Positions 46,065 through 48,617 of a DNA stretch of 48,617 nucleotides are shown piece after piece; positions within the stretch are counted from its first letter, which is position 1, and each line of letters begins with the position of its first letter. Position numbers and translations under genes: made by a program. Under the pieces are notes generated by a model, which ran no database searches, was not told the origin of the DNA, and saw only the letters and a program-made list of their open reading frames with translations. The stretch is from a virus. Lineage: Duplodnaviria > Caudoviricetes. Location: positions 1 to 48,617 of the IMG/VR virus record IMGVR_UViG_3300031820_000007; one strand, given 5' to 3'.

Positions 46065-46613
46065 ATGGCTCTCACACCTCCAGTTTCACCCGCAAATACG
46101 CCATATGATGGGTATGCATTCGGTGAGCCGAACCGGCTGACCTCCTATCCACACGGCGTCGTGATGGGCAGTATCGCGAGGAATACCTCGATAGCGCTCT
46201 TAACCTCAGCGCAGCTCCTCGCGTTACAAACGACCGCGATCCAGCTCGTCGGTACACCTCTTACACCACCGCACGGGTTCGGGAAGTCCGTCCTGCTCGT
46301 CCCTACCCGTATGACGCTGCAGTACATCTTCAACACCACTGCGTACACGATCGGTAACGCTGACAACGCTTTCCAAATCGAGTACACAGGGAAGTCCACC
46401 AGCTTGATGAAGACGAATGCAACCGGTCTCGTCGATCAAGTCGTAAACGAAGTCATTACCGTTGAACCGGCGGTAGCGGGTCAGGTCCTAGCGCAGTCGA
46501 ACGCTGCGGGGCTCGGACTCGAAGTCAAACTCACCGGTACCGCACCTGCACTAACGCTTGGCGATGGGGCAGTTGTCCTCTCGCTCGAATTCAACGGCGT
46601 GATCATGTCGTAA
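46065..46613 (+). CDS. Putative virion structural protein
   Basis: Follows the MCP; LTSAQLLAL motif. Confidence 0.6.
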   Translation: MALTPPVSPANTPYDGYAFGEPNRLTSYPHGVVMGSIARNTSIALLTSAQLLALQTTAIQLVGTPLTPPHGFGKSVLLVPTRMTLQYIFNTTAYTIGNADNAFQIEYTGKSTSLMKTNATGLVDQVVNEVITVEPAVAGQVLAQSNAAGLGLEVKLTGTAPALTLGDGAVVLSLEFNGVIMS

Positions 46614-46687
46614 GGCATGGAGGAGGGGGTAGGAGAAGGGTCGCTCATAACGACTGGGGACCTACCCCTTAACCTCGAGGAGGAAGC

Positions 46688-46978
46688 GTGGCAGATCAGT
46701 TAGCAGCGAATCCGTGGACACTCGATCTCAGCGTGGCGGTACCACGTATCGTGTGGAAGTCTAAAGTCCATATCCACAACATCGAGTTTGTAGGTTACAG
46801 CACCGCGACTGACGCGGGCGTGTTGCAAGATCAGCTCGGCAATAATCTATGGGACTTCCGCGGCGCGACGGACTTCACCATCCAACGGTCAGGTGACCTC
46901 GGCATTGTGAACGGGGTCCAGCTTGCGTCGGTAACAAACGCAGCGTCCACGGGTGTGATCAAGATATACTTTAAGTAA
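46688..46978 (+). CDS. Putative small virion protein
   Basis: GAGGAGG RBS, GTG start, beta-rich. Confidence 0.6.
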   Translation: MADQLAANPWTLDLSVAVPRIVWKSKVHIHNIEFVGYSTATDAGVLQDQLGNNLWDFRGATDFTIQRSGDLGIVNGVQLASVTNAASTGVIKIYFK

Positions 46979-46992
46979 GTCGGAGGCGCGGA

Positions 46993-48617
46993 ATGAAGAA
47001 GTTTATCCCAGCTTTACTTGCTCTGCTCGGGCTCGCACTCCCAGTAAAAGCCACCACTGTAACGGCAACGGTGGTCGACCCCAACGCGGTCGCGTATGCC
47101 AACGGAACCGTCCTCGCTACGTTCATTCCGGGTCCCGGTGGCCCTGCTCGCGCTAACGTGACGGGATCGCTCAATTCGTCAGGCGCTTTCAGCATCACGC
47201 TTACGGACAACACAACGATCTCGCCTGTAGGTTCCAAATGGCAGGTACAAGTATGCGCCTTCGCCGGTGCGCCGTGTATGACGCTAGACCCACTCGTGAT
47301 CTCGGGTGGATCACAAAGCTTGTCCACACAGCTTAACGCTATCGCTCCCGTCATTACGGGTAACAGCAACTACAACTTCGTAACACTCCTCGGACAGACA
47401 CCTGTAACGGTGGGAGCGGCAGGGGGTCAAACAGCTCCGTTACTACAAGTCAACGACTGGAAGGGTTCCTCACTCATGTCCCTCTCCGCTGCCGGCACCC
47501 TTACATGCGTTAGCGGTTGTGCTGGAGGTGCGGGCACGATAGGTGGTACGATTTCCTCTACCCATATCCCTTACGCTTCCGCCGCCAATACGCTTTCAGA
47601 TATAAGCGGTACCGCGGTAACGGGCGGGACAGGGGCGATCACGTTAACAGCGGGTGCGGACACCACAAAGCCTCTGACGATCAACTCCCATTCGGCCACG
47701 CAATCCGCATCGCTTCTGGACGTGAACAATCAAAGTTCCGTCTCCGCCGATGCGGTCGCTACGGTTCATGGGCTGGGAACGGGCGCGTTCACGCCTGGAA
47801 ATGGCCCTGCCTTAATTCATGGGGCGCAGGAAACCCAGAATGTTTTCGGTTGGATACTTACCAGTCACGATGCGGACGTAAATAAAGGCGCACCAAACAT
47901 CTCCATGCTCGAAGGGAAGATGCACAGCGACGGAACGTCGGAGATTTGCGGCGGCGCCGTCGTTGGAGAGGGCAGTAACAACTACAGTTGTCTTTATTGG
48001 GGAACGACGGTGGGATCGCCGGCGGAAACGGTGACCGCGCGGCCTTCTCAAATCTCGGGCGTTGGAACGCCAACGACCATCGTTCCTCTTCGAACGCAGG
48101 CTGCGACCGGACAAACTGCGGATGTATTCGATGCGATCAATCAATCTGAAACCGTGCTATCAGGACTCGACAGCGTCGGTTCCCTGTTCTTCAACGGCTC
48201 ATCCAGTGGCACAGCCAAGATTGGGGTAGCAGCCGCGGCCGGTAGCCCTTGCAAGATTCTTCTGCCTTCCACGTCGCCCACGGTTGGACAGGTCCTTTCC
48301 AGCGCCGCGCCTTCCGGTGGAAATTGCGTGACGAGTTGGACCGCACCGGGCGCCGGGGTTTCATCCTTTTCGGGAGACGGCACGATCATCACGAATAGCG
48401 CATCGACGGGAGCAGTGACGGCCTCGATAGCCGGAACCAGCGGTGGGATTCCCTATTTCAATTCGGCAACGTCGTGGGCATCGTCAGGTGCCCTTGCAGC
48501 CAACGTACTAGTGAAAGGTGGCGGCGCCGGCACCGCGCCGTCCGGTTCTTCGCTCACGGATGCTGGGACTAGAGTGGTAGGCACCGAGCCTATCGCGCTT
48601 GCCGATGGCACCGTGAG
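46993..48617 (+). CDS. Signal-peptide tail fibre/spike-like protein, N-terminal part (about 748 aa when joined to 1-1023); absent from the ORF track
   Basis: GGAGG RBS; MKKFIPALLALLGLALPVKA|TTVTATVVDPN...; open to the window end and in frame with the repeat. Confidence 0.8.
   Translation, partial: MKKFIPALLALLGLALPVKATTVTATVVDPNAVAYANGTVLATFIPGPGGPARANVTGSLNSSGAFSITLTDNTTISPVGSKWQVQVCAFAGAPCMTLDPLVISGGSQSLSTQLNAIAPVITGNSNYNFVTLLGQTPVTVGAAGGQTAPLLQVNDWKGSSLMSLSAAGTLTCVSGCAGGAGTIGGTISSTHIPYASAANTLSDISGTAVTGGTGAITLTAGADTTKPLTINSHSATQSASLLDVNNQSSVSADAVATVHGLGTGAFTPGNGPALIHGAQETQNVFGWILTSHDADVNKGAPNISMLEGKMHSDGTSEICGGAVVGEGSNNYSCLYWGTTVGSPAETVTARPSQISGVGTPTTIVPLRTQAATGQTADVFDAINQSETVLSGLDSVGSLFFNGSSSGTAKIGVAAAAGSPCKILLPSTSPTVGQVLSSAAPSGGNCVTSWTAPGAGVSSFSGDGTIITNSASTGAVTASIAGTSGGIPYFNSATSWASSGALAANVLVKGGGAGTAPSGSSLTDAGTRVVGTEPIALADGTV
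48217..48617. repeat. Right copy of the 401-bp terminal direct repeat
   Basis: Matches 1-401 with 21 mostly synonymous mismatches. Confidence 0.95.

Noticed and set aside
46626-46668. Hairpin GGGGTAGG/CCTACCCC as an intrinsic terminator
   Set aside because: The stem is real but has a large interior and only a two-T tail, so a terminator call is not supported.
1-48617. tRNA genes, integrase/repressor, queF or gat-queC, and the many short antisense or nested ORFs in the track
   Set aside because: No tRNA, lysogeny or queF-type gene was recognised by eye (tRNAscan and HMM searches are needed to exclude them). The nested ORFs lack RBSs and motifs and overlap well-supported genes.

Overview
The window is very probably a complete, circularly permuted genome of about 48.2 kb from a podovirus-type tailed phage. 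Positions 1-401 recur at 48217-48617 as an allelic copy. The + strand (38.1 kb through the end junction to 19.4 kb) carries TerS, TerL, portal, scaffold, major capsid protein, three fibre/spike-like proteins with Sec-type signal peptides, adaptor and nozzle, a GNAT, three ejection-type proteins (the largest, 1760 aa, has an SLT domain), a Tlde1/DUF2778 peptidoglycan enzyme and a PurD-like ATP-grasp ligase. The - strand (37.9 to 19.4 kb) carries small early genes, a PD-(D/E)XK exonuclease, LAGLIDADG and HNH endonucleases, a Sak4-like ATPase with a DUF669 SSB, a dispersed 7-deazaguanine pathway (folE, queD, queE, queC, a short TGT/DpdA-like gene, Nmad1), a UDG-fused family A polymerase, a DUF3987 helicase and GroES. 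No integrase, tRNA or CRISPR array was recognised. The most unusual observations are: a circularly permuted Sak4-like ATPase; a PolA lacking conserved triphosphate-binding residues next to the deazaguanine genes; a queE with a +1 frameshift and a Cx44Cx9C motif; signal-peptide-bearing virion fibres; a four-copy promoter motif; a homing endonuclease that replaced its target's 3' end; and a 773-bp IS1-derived element with perfect TIRs and an 8-bp TSD. All family calls come from manual motif recognition, with no database searches. An Acidobacteriota-like host is a weak inference.
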